A stretch of DNA of 64,000 bases from Macrostomum lignano (lineage: Eukaryota). Below, piece by piece: positions 48,185 to 55,420 of this stretch (position 1 is the first letter of the stretch; each line of letters starts with the position of its first letter). A program made the translations under genes and the position numbers. The notes under the pieces are model-generated. The model was not told where the DNA came from. It ran no database searches and saw only the letters and a list, made by a program, of their open reading frames with translations. The stretch is from the NCBI GenBank assembly GCA_002269645.1, contig NIVC01001310.1:186001-250000 (forward strand), given 5' to 3'.

Positions 48185-49078
48185 ATACTACTACTACTAC
48201 TACCACTACAGATCGCCCAGGCGGCCAGTCAGTCCGAAGCAGCCGAACTGCGCTCCACTCTGATCGAAGCTGCCCGCCAAGCCGTCGAACGCGAAGCCGA
48301 CGATGCGGCCAACGACACGGCGCAGTTTGCCGAGCAGCGGGACCGCCTGATCCGGCTGAGAACCGAGCGGGAGGCCCGGGCAGCCGGGGGCGGTAAGCGC
48401 GCATTTATTTATTTTAAAATAGTGAATTAACATTTCAGCTATACTACTGATTGAACCTTATTTTTAGTAGTGTCTAGCTATGCTTTAAAAACTGTACTTC
48501 CGATAGGATTGGACTACTCCGGTCAGCAGGGGCGTCAGCAGCGGGCTGGCGCGGTCGGCCCTGACGATGACGCCTTCTCGGATGTGGGCTCCACGGTCAG
48601 CCGGGCCTCGTCTGCCTCCTTGACCTCCGCCTCGTCCGGCACTCGGAAAAGTCGTAGAAAAGCCAAACGGAAATTGGAAACGGCCGGCGCTAAGCCCGGC
48701 CATCCGCTTGAAGAGCTCGGCTTGTTGAACAGCCTCGCCGATTGTTTAGCGCGGCGCTCCCGGCGCCAGACTCAGGCGCGCCAACTATGCGCGGCTCTAA
48801 CCGGACTTGGCCAACACGCCGAGGCCTGGCGCCTGCAACGCGCCGTGTCGGCCTGCCTCACGAGGCTGACCTGCGGCTCGGCCAGCATCTGGCCGAACGC
48901 CGCCGCTGCCATTGAGGATGACGCCAGTGGGGCTGGTGGATCATCAGCTACGATGGTGCGCACCGCTCTGGCCTACGGCTGCGTGCTGCCCTGCATGGGG
49001 CGGCCGGACTCCCTGCTGACCGAGCTGGAGTCTGCCAAGGCGGCCTGGCAGCGGCTCGACTGGGGCGGCCCTTGTTGA
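6144..49078 (+). CDS. ELP1: Elongator complex protein 1 (IKBKAP), 17 coding exons: 6144-6512, 7639-7801, 8008-8093, 8719-9051, 9204-9288, 9985-10203, 18360-18654, 19227-19367, 20642-20778, 23211-23739, 35879-36037, 38154-38826, 46005-46209, 47264-47340, 47774-47845, 48212-48392, 48507-49078
   Basis: Hallmark motifs in order: [122 protein letters not shown], basic [15 protein letters not shown]. All introns are GT-AG with matching phases; exons total 4296 nt = 1431 aa + stop. Confidence 0.95.
6535..7585. repeat. 19-bp minisatellite (CCCCATGAGAATCCCCAGT), ELP1 intron 1
   Basis: Visible array; source of the [13 protein letters not shown] artefacts. Confidence 0.95.
7639..7801 (+). CDS. ELP1: ELP1 exon 2
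   Basis: CTGCAG|; [22 protein letters not shown]; donor GTGAGG, phase 1. Confidence 0.9.
7810..7950. repeat. (TCTG)n microsatellite, ELP1 intron 2
   Basis: Visible array. Confidence 0.95.
8008..8093 (+). CDS. ELP1: ELP1 exon 3
   Basis: [19 protein letters not shown]. Confidence 0.92.
8174..8683. repeat. 20-bp minisatellite (TAGTGGAATCTCACACTATC), ELP1 intron 3
   Basis: Visible array. Confidence 0.95.
8719..9051 (+). CDS. ELP1: ELP1 exon 4
   Basis: [28 protein letters not shown]; donor GTGAGT. Confidence 0.92.
9204..9288 (+). CDS. ELP1: ELP1 exon 5
   Basis: TTTCAG|; [17 protein letters not shown]; donor GTAATT. Confidence 0.85.
9440..9945. repeat. (AGAC)n microsatellite, ELP1 intron 5
   Basis: Visible array. 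Confidence 0.95.
9985..10203 (+). CDS. ELP1: ELP1 exon 6
   Basis: [20 protein letters not shown]; donor GTGAGT at 10204. Confidence 0.9.
10370..11605 (-). mobile_element. Degenerate piggyBac (PGBD4-like) transposase, N-terminal two thirds, frameshifted
   Basis: Acidic N-terminus, [49 protein letters not shown] and FCDTWFSS, split over four ORFs. Confidence 0.88.
12690..13140 (-). mobile_element. Degenerate piggyBac C-terminal Cys-rich fragment
   Basis: Manual translation gives [18 protein letters not shown] and, after a frameshift, [16 protein letters not shown]. This matches the C-terminus of the copy at 30440 ([23 protein letters not shown]). Confidence 0.6.
15084..15772 (-). mobile_element. 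Degenerate Myb/SANT-like ORF of PIF/Harbinger type
   Basis: Manual translation [40 protein letters not shown] plus a C-terminal coiled coil ([15 protein letters not shown]). A Harbinger-like end (reverse complement AGGGGCCGATTTTACGAAGCA) lies at ~16366-16386. Confidence 0.55.
15965..16045. repeat. (GA)n microsatellite
   Basis: Visible array. Confidence 0.95.
17090..17585 (-). mobile_element. Degenerate piggyBac transposase, C-terminal catalytic fragment
   Basis: [19 protein letters not shown], then [13 protein letters not shown] in another frame. Confidence 0.82.
17800..18078 (-). mobile_element. CORE-like tRNA-derived SINE remnant
   Basis: CCCATTTTACAGCTGGGTGAACTGAAGC..GTTAAGCGCCTTGTTTAAGGACACA (17944-18006) resembles the reverse CORE domain; degenerate A/B-box-like head at ~18020-18078. 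Confidence 0.5.
18360..18654 (+). CDS. ELP1: ELP1 exon 7
   Basis: [17 protein letters not shown]; phase 1 in, phase 2 out. Confidence 0.88.
18686..19110. repeat. 12-bp minisatellite (TAGTGCCTGTCT), ELP1 intron 7
   Basis: Visible array; same motif family as 595-1110. Confidence 0.95.
19227..19367 (+). CDS. ELP1: ELP1 exon 8
   Basis: CCACAG| ... |GTAAGA; open frame, phases match both neighbours. Confidence 0.75.
19411..19770 (+). mobile_element. tRNA-derived SINE, copy 1
   Basis: A box TAGCCTATTAGTGG at 19417-19430, B box GGCTCGATTCC at 19464-19474, A-rich tail; second copy at 50741-51057. Confidence 0.75.
19916..20337. mobile_element. MITE-like element, copy 2 (inverted relative to 2475-2914)
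   Basis: Reverse-complement similarity over ~420 bp; same TIR. Confidence 0.75.
20642..20778 (+). CDS. ELP1: ELP1 exon 9
   Basis: TTCCAG| ..[12 protein letters not shown].. |GTGAGT; phases match. Confidence 0.8.
20815..22050. repeat. 33-bp minisatellite (TCAGGCAGTTCAGCTACCCCTATTCATGATCCT), ELP1 intron 9
   Basis: Visible array; reads [11 protein letters not shown] in one frame. Confidence 0.95.
22330..23140. repeat. ~22-bp minisatellite (GATTAAAACTCGTACAAGATTCA), ELP1 intron 9
   Basis: Visible array. Confidence 0.92.
23211..23739 (+). CDS. ELP1: ELP1 exon 10
   Basis: [33 protein letters not shown]; donor GTGAGG, phase 2. Confidence 0.93.
23731..24281. repeat. 31/15-bp minisatellite containing copies of the ELP1 exon 10 donor site
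   Basis: Unit TGTCTGTTGGACAG|GTGAGGTGTGGACAAGG overlaps the real junction CTGGACAG|GTGAGG. Confidence 0.93.
24771..24945. repeat. 16-bp tandem repeat (GCAGGCAGTTGTCTTA), possibly the end of a non-autonomous TIR element
   Basis: Visible array ending GACAA-like/GTAGAACCG; only one end seen. Confidence 0.75.
26520..27354. mobile_element. Non-autonomous Tc1/IS630-like element with ~200-bp inverted repeats
   Basis: ~26530-26705 is the reverse complement of ~27105-27285; right end TTTAAATTGAACGGAAAAGGTG-TA. Confidence 0.7.
27792..29864 (-). mobile_element. IS630/Tc1-like DNA transposon with ~250-bp TIRs and a frameshifted transposase (~28362-29420)
   Basis: HTH region ([26 protein letters not shown]); DDE motifs [16 protein letters not shown] and [21 protein letters not shown]; TIRs ~27833-28110 and ~29636-29864; left end TA-CACATTTCCCGTTCAATTTAAAC. 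Confidence 0.88.
30044..32676 (-). mobile_element. Near full-length piggyBac element (outer boundaries uncertain; inner TIR-like pair at 30163-30196 and 32570-32604)
   Basis: Transposase at 30440-32170; inverted CCGTTGCCGACGGC..TGTCCC..GGGACA motifs; outer perfect 17-bp inverted repeat at 30041-30057 and 32663-32679. Confidence 0.85.
30440..32170 (-). pseudogene. piggyBac (PGBD4-like) transposase, single 577-codon frame with two in-frame stops
   Basis: ORFs 31121-32170 and 30440-31045 share one frame; TAG at 31121-31123 and TGA at 31052-31054. SVDE and FTDSWF present, third motif MGGVN (D to N), Cys-rich C-terminus intact. Confidence 0.9.
32686..33460 (+). mobile_element. Internally deleted IS630/Tc1-like element with ~150-bp TIRs
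   Basis: ~32690-32840 is inverted at ~33268-33420; TA at both ends; ORF 32847-33218 fuses [19 protein letters not shown] to [30 protein letters not shown]. Confidence 0.8.
33701..34343 (-). mobile_element. Non-autonomous Tc1/IS630-like element encoding only an HTH domain
   Basis: TIR TAGCATTTTGCAGTCAAGTTTGAACTGCGGGCATTCAAATTAGAC at both ends; TA duplication at 33699-33700 and 34344-34345; [45 protein letters not shown]. Confidence 0.85.
35879..36037 (+). CDS. ELP1: ELP1 exon 11 (absent from the ORF track)
   Basis: [36 protein letters not shown]; CAACAG| and |GTGAGT. Confidence 0.92.
36110..38075. repeat. ~42-bp minisatellite with a 424-bp higher-order repeat, ELP1 intron 11
   Basis: Unit GATTCTTTTGTGGAGTCTCTTGAGTTGACCCCCCTTGTGACC; variant block at 37141 recurs at 37565. 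Confidence 0.93.
38154..38826 (+). CDS. ELP1: ELP1 exon 12
   Basis: [32 protein letters not shown]; donor GTAGGG. Confidence 0.92.
38845..39266. repeat. (TCTG)n microsatellite
   Basis: Visible array. Confidence 0.95.
39664..41211 (-). CDS. Rhodopsin-like (class A) 7TM GPCR, nested antisense in ELP1 intron 12
   Basis: Uninterrupted 515-aa ORF with seven hydrophobic segments; N1.50, FDLYVAV..RY, W4.50, LPY and NP motifs; upstream acceptor TTTCTGTTGCAG| at 41240. Confidence 0.88.
   Translation of the reverse strand: MTKELLVNDIVTLTAAALGLVVNSATLVALLLNRHQLSTKAYLVISLSLGGIVTVAGSVLHTLFNEYAVSGIDCLSKTQVLMRDVKYVGIILTLLGLNALCFDLYVAVMHSIRYRVVCSKRRVRALICIKWFVGILLGSASSISHLIIGIGQKQKPQCKSTPKNFQTIQGNFTLFKQILTVFNQSKTNDNFLLNASLFVPFRLPLYPTLPPLPTRQPTRQPPPTQPPPPLKSKDFLLSRFYISDCILVAVLALSVLFITISLSKIYRKLKRRTRRNGNLTCEHSSACTSGSNSDRGSGIRRHCSISGSRAKKRGAVTILLLFVGFNATVLPYMIGEFYSIVVTIQARTNSTDSTQSDLEFIMYFMPYLAALALGYTVLNPVVLSLRMREVQAGYAIMRQKLSQNNQEQQRQQQQQQRLQQQCQLRHRQLHQHRSVTDAACESMLDNTDSIYAVATDSPLHYRSRQLLQQHRRRQDCCGSRSSNNSNSMVSFNFGCNPNEQSTGEPEQNEEQETEA
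42755..43110. repeat. (TCTA)n microsatellite
   Basis: Visible array. Confidence 0.95.
43628..44680. repeat. (TCTG)n compound microsatellite with CCTAGC variants
   Basis: Visible array. Confidence 0.95.
45430..45890. repeat. C-rich (CCCCACTCCACTCTG)-type degenerate repeat
   Basis: Visible array. Confidence 0.85.
46005..46209 (+). CDS. ELP1: ELP1 exon 13
   Basis: [20 protein letters not shown] (TPR-like region); donor GTGAGA. Confidence 0.85.
46215..47135. repeat. 22-bp minisatellite (GGGCAGTGTGGTATCTATATTG), ELP1 intron 13
   Basis: Visible array; produces three overlapping artefact ORFs. Confidence 0.95.
47264..47340 (+). CDS. ELP1: ELP1 exon 14
   Basis: [15 protein letters not shown]; TTCCAG| and |GTGAGT. 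Confidence 0.85.
47774..47845 (+). CDS. ELP1: ELP1 exon 15
   Basis: TACCAG| [24 protein letters not shown] |GTAAGT; 72 nt, phase 0/0. Confidence 0.7.
47928..48206. repeat. (CTA)n microsatellite abutting the ELP1 exon 16 acceptor
   Basis: Visible array with interspersed CTAG variants. Confidence 0.95.
48212..48392 (+). CDS. ELP1: ELP1 exon 16
   Basis: [21 protein letters not shown]; donor GTAAGC. Confidence 0.85.
48507..49078 (+). CDS. ELP1: ELP1 exon 17 (terminal)
   Basis: [34 protein letters not shown]; TGA at 49076-49078. Confidence 0.9.
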
Positions 49079-50335
49079 AGGGTCTTTGCAGTAGGGGCTT
49101 GCTTTAATAACATAAACAGAATTGCGATTGTGCATTATACATATAGTGTGACGTCATCGCGCCACATCGCCATCTGATTTGAATTTTGGTTACACTGTTG
49201 GCCTGAATCATTAAATATACAATGCAACCATAATTACAGCATGAATTGAATCTTTAAACTACGGTGACTGTGTTCTGGAAAACATGAAGTACAAGATATT
49301 TTCGTTGGATTTTCATTTTCTACTACTAATTTTCAGAGCTATCAGATATCTATAAGTAGTAGATTAATTAAAACTCGCTAATAAAAAATAAAATCCGACA
49401 GTCTGTGTTGAAACTTGAACTGCTTCACCCCAATTGCGAAAATCTGTTCGCATATAGCCCTACTATAAGTAGCTGAATGGGTGTGAAGTATGTCTGTATT
49501 TATAATAGTTAAGCGAACCGGAAAAAACCGCTTGGGGCAAAGCAAAATTAACATTTCTCAATAACACGAGAGTCCGCCTGGTCTGTTCGGACTCCGGGAA
49601 ATTATTGCAAGCAATGCGCTAATTATCGTTATCTAGATTGATCAAGTTACTATAACTGGGTTAGTCGTTAGGGGGATTATAGAAAAAATATCTCGAGAGA
49701 TCAAGCCATTGGCCCGACAGCGCCAATTGTTTTTGCAGAATTATTTTTCATTTCCAAGAAATAAAAATAAACAAAAGCAGTGCGCAAAGGTCTGGATATA
49801 CAAAAGAAGAAATTAGCCCGGACAAAAAAACCGAAAGAACATCCAATTGAAGGGAAATTATAAGGAGATAATGAGAGTAAGCAAGTTTATCATTTTGGAT
49901 TAGTTACAGACACAGGTAGCGGGATATCTTGGAAGGGCATAAAACTGTAATTAAAGATGGTCAGAGTAAATAATTAGCAATGACGCGAAATGACAAGCAG
50001 CGATGATTAAAAGGGCAGGACAAACAATAAAGTGGTATGGAATAGCACGTACGCAGCGCAGAATCCCAGTTTTATATAGACCGCTTTTAAAGATAGACAA
50101 AAAAACGCGTTTCAGTTACTATTAGTAGTGCCAATAGTATAGCTTAGGATATTAACAAAACATTTAATTTTCAAACATTTTTTGTATTAGAAAACAACAA
50201 TAAGACTAATTAACAGATGTCAAATAGTAATTAATTGATTGGGCAACAATATATAATAAATTATAATGTTATTAGATGACAAAACCGATATCGGTGGGAC
50301 ATTGTTCCTCATGTCAATCAAACTCGGTAAGTCCG

Positions 50336-53300
50336 TCACTGCCCGCCAGACTGCAGCAGCCGATCGATAGCGGCATTCACGTCGCCGAATGTGGCTTGAA
50401 TGGCTCGCAGGTTGGCTTCCCGGTTGAGGAAGCCCATGCTGGCCAGCTGCTCCAGCTGGGAGGCGTAGCGCTGCTCGGGCGGCAGCTGCTGCTGTTGCTG
50501 CTGCTGCTGCTGAGGGTTGGCGACACCGCCTTGACTGGCCATCATGCCCAGCATTGACTGCATTAGCGAGGCCATGTCTGTCTGGTGCTGCTGTTGCGGC
50601 TGCTGTTGCTGCTGCTGCTGCTGTCCTGCTGGGGCGGCCTGCTCACTGCCTGCGGTGCCAGCCTGCGGTTTGTGCGCGTGTGAGTGTTTATGAGTTAAAG
50701 AGTGGGTTTAGGTTTAGGCTTATCTTTATGAGTTTTTGATCGCTCTGATGTGCCAGCGGCCCAGGCTCGATTCCAAGTGCAGTCACATTAATTTGGGGCT
50801 GAATTGGAATCTCGGCTTGGCTCTCTGCTCGTGCAATTAACGGCCTTGAGAGCCAACCCCCCAAAGCACAGTGAAGTGTACATGCCTAACGATAAATAAA
50901 GTTGGGGCCGCTGTACACTCCTGTGTGAGTGTGTGCCTGCGTACGTATCCGCGCGCTTGTATGCCTGCTCAGGGGAGTCGGCGGAATGGGCAGCAATGCC
51001 TCTCGCCGGTTGCGTGACAAAGTTAAAGGTCGCTGAAGGTGCCCCAGGTGCACACAGCTCACCAGACTCTAACTAGCTAAAAAAGCTACAATGAGAGCTC
51101 CGGAAACTCACGGGCATCATGCCGGGCACAAAGCCGGGAGCCTCCTGTTGCAGCACCCGCATGCTCTCCTGAATCTGCATGATAGCCTGCAGAGCTCTCG
51201 GGTTGCTCAGCGCCGCCTGAGTCTGCGGATTGCTCATCTGGGTCATCATCTGCGGCAACATCTGGCGCATCTGGGCCTGCAGCTCGGGATTGCCGGCAAC
51301 CAGAGGCGAATTGACCAGCATGGACTCGGCCAGCTGCGGGTCAGCGGCCAGCGCCTGGAAACAATTGGGCATGGCGGGGGAAAGGCTTTAGCAACGCGGA
51401 AATCTATATTAATAATAAGTAGCCCTTGAACTCTCATAATCAATCAGAAAAATAATTCCCCTAAAATCAACCCGGATAATTCCCCTAAAATCAACCCGGA
51501 TAATTCCCCTAAAATCAACCCGGATAATTCCCCGAAAATAAACTTGGATAATTCCCCTAAAATCAATCTTGAAATTCCATTAAAATCAACCTGGATAATT
51601 CCCCTAAAAAATCAACCCGGATAATTCCCCTAAAATCAACCCGGATAATTCCCCTAAAATCAATATTGAAAATTCCCCTACAACAACCCGGATAATTCCC
51701 CGTAAAATCAACCTTGATAATTCCCCGTAAAATCAACCTTGATAATTCCCCAAAATCAACTCGGATAATTCCTCTAAAATCAATCTTGATAATTCCCCTA
51801 AAATCAACCCGGATAATTCCTCTAAAATCAACCCGGATAATTCCCCTAAAATCAACCTTGATAATTCCCTAAAATCAACTCGTATAATTCCCCTAAAATC
51901 AACTTGGATAATTCCCTTGAAATCAACCCGGATAATTCCCCTAAAATCAACTTGGATAATTCCCTTGAAATCAACCCGGATAATTCCCCTAAAATCAATC
52001 TTGATAATTCTCCTAAAATCAACCCGGATAATTCCCCTAAAATCAATATTGAAAATTCCCCTACAACAACCCGGAAAATTGCCCGATAGCTAATTGGCGC
52101 GCACCTGCATCATAGACTGCATATAGGGAGCCTGCATAGCCTGAGACAGCATAGCCGGATTAGATTGCAGCAGCTGCTCCTGCAGGCTGCGAATTCCCGG
52201 TTGAGTAGCCGAAGTCGAAGAGCCCGACGACGGCTGCTGCTGCTGCTGCTGACCACCAGCAGTTGAAGCAGCCGAAGCCCAGGGATTTGGCAGCGGCTGG
52301 TTGTTTTCCGTACCCTGCTGATCCGAGCCTGTTGGCCGCGTGCCGCCAGCCAGATTGGCGAACGGATTGCGCGACATCGACTCCTCGGTGGCGCTGAGCA
52401 TCGGCTCCTGGATGTCGCGGTACATTCGCTGCAGATGGCCGAATCCGCCTGGCACGCTCTCCAGGTTGCTGAGGGCGCGATCGTAATTGCGCGACATCTC
52501 CTCCATGGCGGCTGGGCTACGGGCCAGCTCCATCGTTTGACGGAGAATCTGCGGCGGAGTGGGCGGGGGGGGTTAGATAGTCATAGGGAAGCTGTTAGAC
52601 AATCATAGGGAAGCTGTTAGACAATCATAGGGAAGCTGTTAGATAATCATAGGGAAGCTGTTAGACAATCATAGGGAAGCTGTTAGATAATCATAGGGAA
52701 GCTGTTAGATAATCATAGGGAAGCTGTTATACAATCATAGGGAAGCTGTTAGACAATCATAGGGAAGCTGTTAGATAATCATAGGGAAGCTGTTAGACAA
52801 TCATAGGGAAGCTGTTAGATACATGTAATCATAGGGAAGCTGTTAGACAATCATAGGGAAGCTGTTAGATAATCATAGGGAAGCTGTTAGACAATCATAC
52901 GGAAGCTGTTAGATACATGTAATCATAGGGAAGCTGTTAGACAATCATAGGGAAGCTGTTAGACAATCATAGGGAAGCTGGTAGATAATCATAGGGAAGT
53001 GTTTGAAAATCATAGGGAAGCTGGTAGATAGTCATTGGAAAGCTGGCAGATGGTCATTGGAAAGCTGGCAGATAGTCATTGGAAAGCTGGCAGATAGTCA
53101 TTGGAAAGCTGGCAGATAGTCATTGGGAAGCTGGTAGACAATCATAGGGAAGTGTTTGAAAATCATTGGGAAGCTGGTAGATAGTCATTGGGAAGCTGGT
53201 AGATAGTCATTGGGAAGCTGGTAGATAGTCATTGGGAAGCTGGTAGATAGTCATTGGGAAGCTGGTAGATAGTCATTGGGAAGCTGGTAGATAGTCATTG

Positions 53301-54400
53301 GGAAGCTGGTAGATAGTCATTGGGAAGCTGGTAGATAGTCATTGGGAAGCTGGTAGATAGTCATTGGGAAGCTGGTAGATAGTCATTGGGAAGCTGGTAG
53401 ATAGTCATTGGGAAGCTGGTAGATAGTCATTGCGAAGCTGGTAGATAGTCATTGGGAAGCTGGTAGATAGTCATTGGGAAGCTGGTAGATAGTCATTGGG
53501 AAGCTGGTAGATAGTCATTGGGAAGCTGGTAGATAGTCATTGGGAAGCTGGTAGATAGTCATTGGGAAGCTGGTAGATAGTCATTGGGAAGCTGGTAGAT
53601 AGTCATTGGGAAGCTGGTAGATAGTCATTGGGAAGCTGGTAGATAGTCATTGGGAAGCTGGTAGATAGTCATTGGGAAGCTGGTAGATAGTCATTGGGAA
53701 GCTGTTAAATAGTCATTGGGAAAATTAATACAAAAATAATATAAAATAAATATTGTTTTACCCCAAAGAAACGTTTTATTGTAACAGGTTACAATAGGCT
53801 AGGCTGGCTAGGTTACTGGGGTACAGAGCTTGCGCGGCAACTATCAAAGTAACAGGCAACCACTACTCTGTAACTGGCAAAGCACAACAAAAAACCCAGC
53901 TGTCTCACCTCAGGATTGTTTAGCAACGAGTTGAGCTCCGGATTGCGGTCCATGAGATCCCTCAGTTGCGGATTGCTCTGGATCATAGCTCGCATAGTGT
54001 CCGGATTGGACATGATGGACTGTACCAGGGGGTTGTCCAGCATCTGGCGCATCATCTGCGGATTTTGCATCATCTCCCGCTGCATTTGGGACTGCATATC
54101 TGCTAGGCCGCCGCCAGACTCGACACCCGCGCGAAACAGATCGGGCAGAGGCATGCCGCCGGGCGGGTTCGAGGCAGTCTGGTTGTTAGGCACGCTGCTG
54201 GTTGCTGGGGCAGAGCCGGAACCAGCGGCTGGTTGCTCAGCCGCTACAGGTCGGGCAGTCTTGATAACCAGATGGACAACCAGACCGTCCTTGATGCCCA
54301 GAGCTGGCAGAGTTTCTTCGTCTTTGAGAATTTTCCCAGAAAAGATGAGGCATAACTGGCTGGAGTCAGTGTCAAATTCTTTGGACACAGCAGAGCGAAG
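50336..54400 (-). CDS. UBQLN: Ubiquilin (UBL-STI1-UBA); exons 54400-53909, 52548-52105, 51354-51112, 50662-50336; first coding exon not located
   Basis: UBL ([25 protein letters not shown]), STI1 repeats ([48 protein letters not shown]) and UBA ([41 protein letters not shown]). All introns phase 0, GT-AG. Confidence 0.93.
50741..51057 (+). mobile_element. tRNA-derived SINE, copy 2 (5'-truncated), in a ubiquilin intron
   Basis: High similarity to 19441-19760, including B box GGCTCGATTCC. Confidence 0.75.
51455..52080. repeat. 24-bp minisatellite (GGATAATTCCCCTAAAATCAACCC), ubiquilin intron
   Basis: Visible array. Confidence 0.93.
52575..53720. repeat. 22-bp minisatellite (AGATAGTCATTGGGAAGCTGGT), ubiquilin intron
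   Basis: Visible array, two sub-variants. Confidence 0.95.
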
Positions 54401-55182
54401 CTGATTGATAAAATTAGGCATAGGAAAGATGGTTGAATTATTGTTTATTAATTTATGATTTAATTAATAATCATGATTAAGTCTGTTAAACTTACAAATA
54501 GCACTATTTACATACATGCGCAACTTCCCTGATTTACACTAGCCGTGCAACTTACTTATTGACCAAAAATGCGACTTACAAATATATAACTTTTATGTAC
54601 ATGTATTTTATGGGCCACATTGAGACGATCAAGATTCAAGACTAGCGATGGACCAAATGTGGTTTTATGCAAGTTTCCAAAACCGAATCCGAATGTACAA
54701 AAATATCAGATTCAAATCCGAATTTAAGAAAAAAGTAAAAGGTAAACGGCGAAAGTAGCTATGACAATTTTAAGTTATGAAAATGCCTTGTCATCGAATT
54801 AGTGCTGCATATTAATAAAAATATTTTAAGTTTTTAAAAGTTGTTTATATTGAGAAAGTTTTTAGAAAATAAAATAATTAAAATATCTAATCCTAACCAA
54901 TTCTAATTACTAATACTAACTGATATTACATTTGTGCTATTTGATAACTTTACCATAATTTGGGAAAAAATTGAATCTAAAACAATTGTATTTTTTTAAA
55001 AAGTGAGACATTCCAAATACTAGTAAAATATTTTAAGTCAATAATATATGTTAGGGCCAACTATTTTGCTTTGTTTATCTTTTTAACAATTGATATATGT
55101 TTATTTTTTGCAATTATTGGCCATCTGCTTATTGCATTATTTCAGTGCTAGTTAACATACATGTGCAACAAACCTAGGGATT

Positions 55183-55291
55183 CACCTGGCTGTTTTTATT
55201 GGTAGCACATACTGATATATGTAAGTCACGTGACTACTATTCTGTCCAATAGCAACTTACATGTTAATGTTGCCAATAGAAATCGCCAGGT
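55183..55291. mobile_element. Small MITE-like inverted repeat (~110 bp)
   Basis: ACCTGGCTGTTTTTATTGGTA versus TGCCAATAGAAATCGCCAGGT. Confidence 0.5.
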
Positions 55292-55420
55292 AAATCTCTA
55301 AGTTGCCCCCAAATATGCTTATTAATCATATCATTTTATTGGCATACAATTTACTACAAAGGCTATCCCAAAATTAGTATTAATTTTCATTACATCTATT
55401 GTTCTAATGATCCAAACATA

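Noticed and set aside
47781-48404. Poly-valine ORF
   Set aside because: Antisense translation of (CTA)n and ELP1 exon 16.
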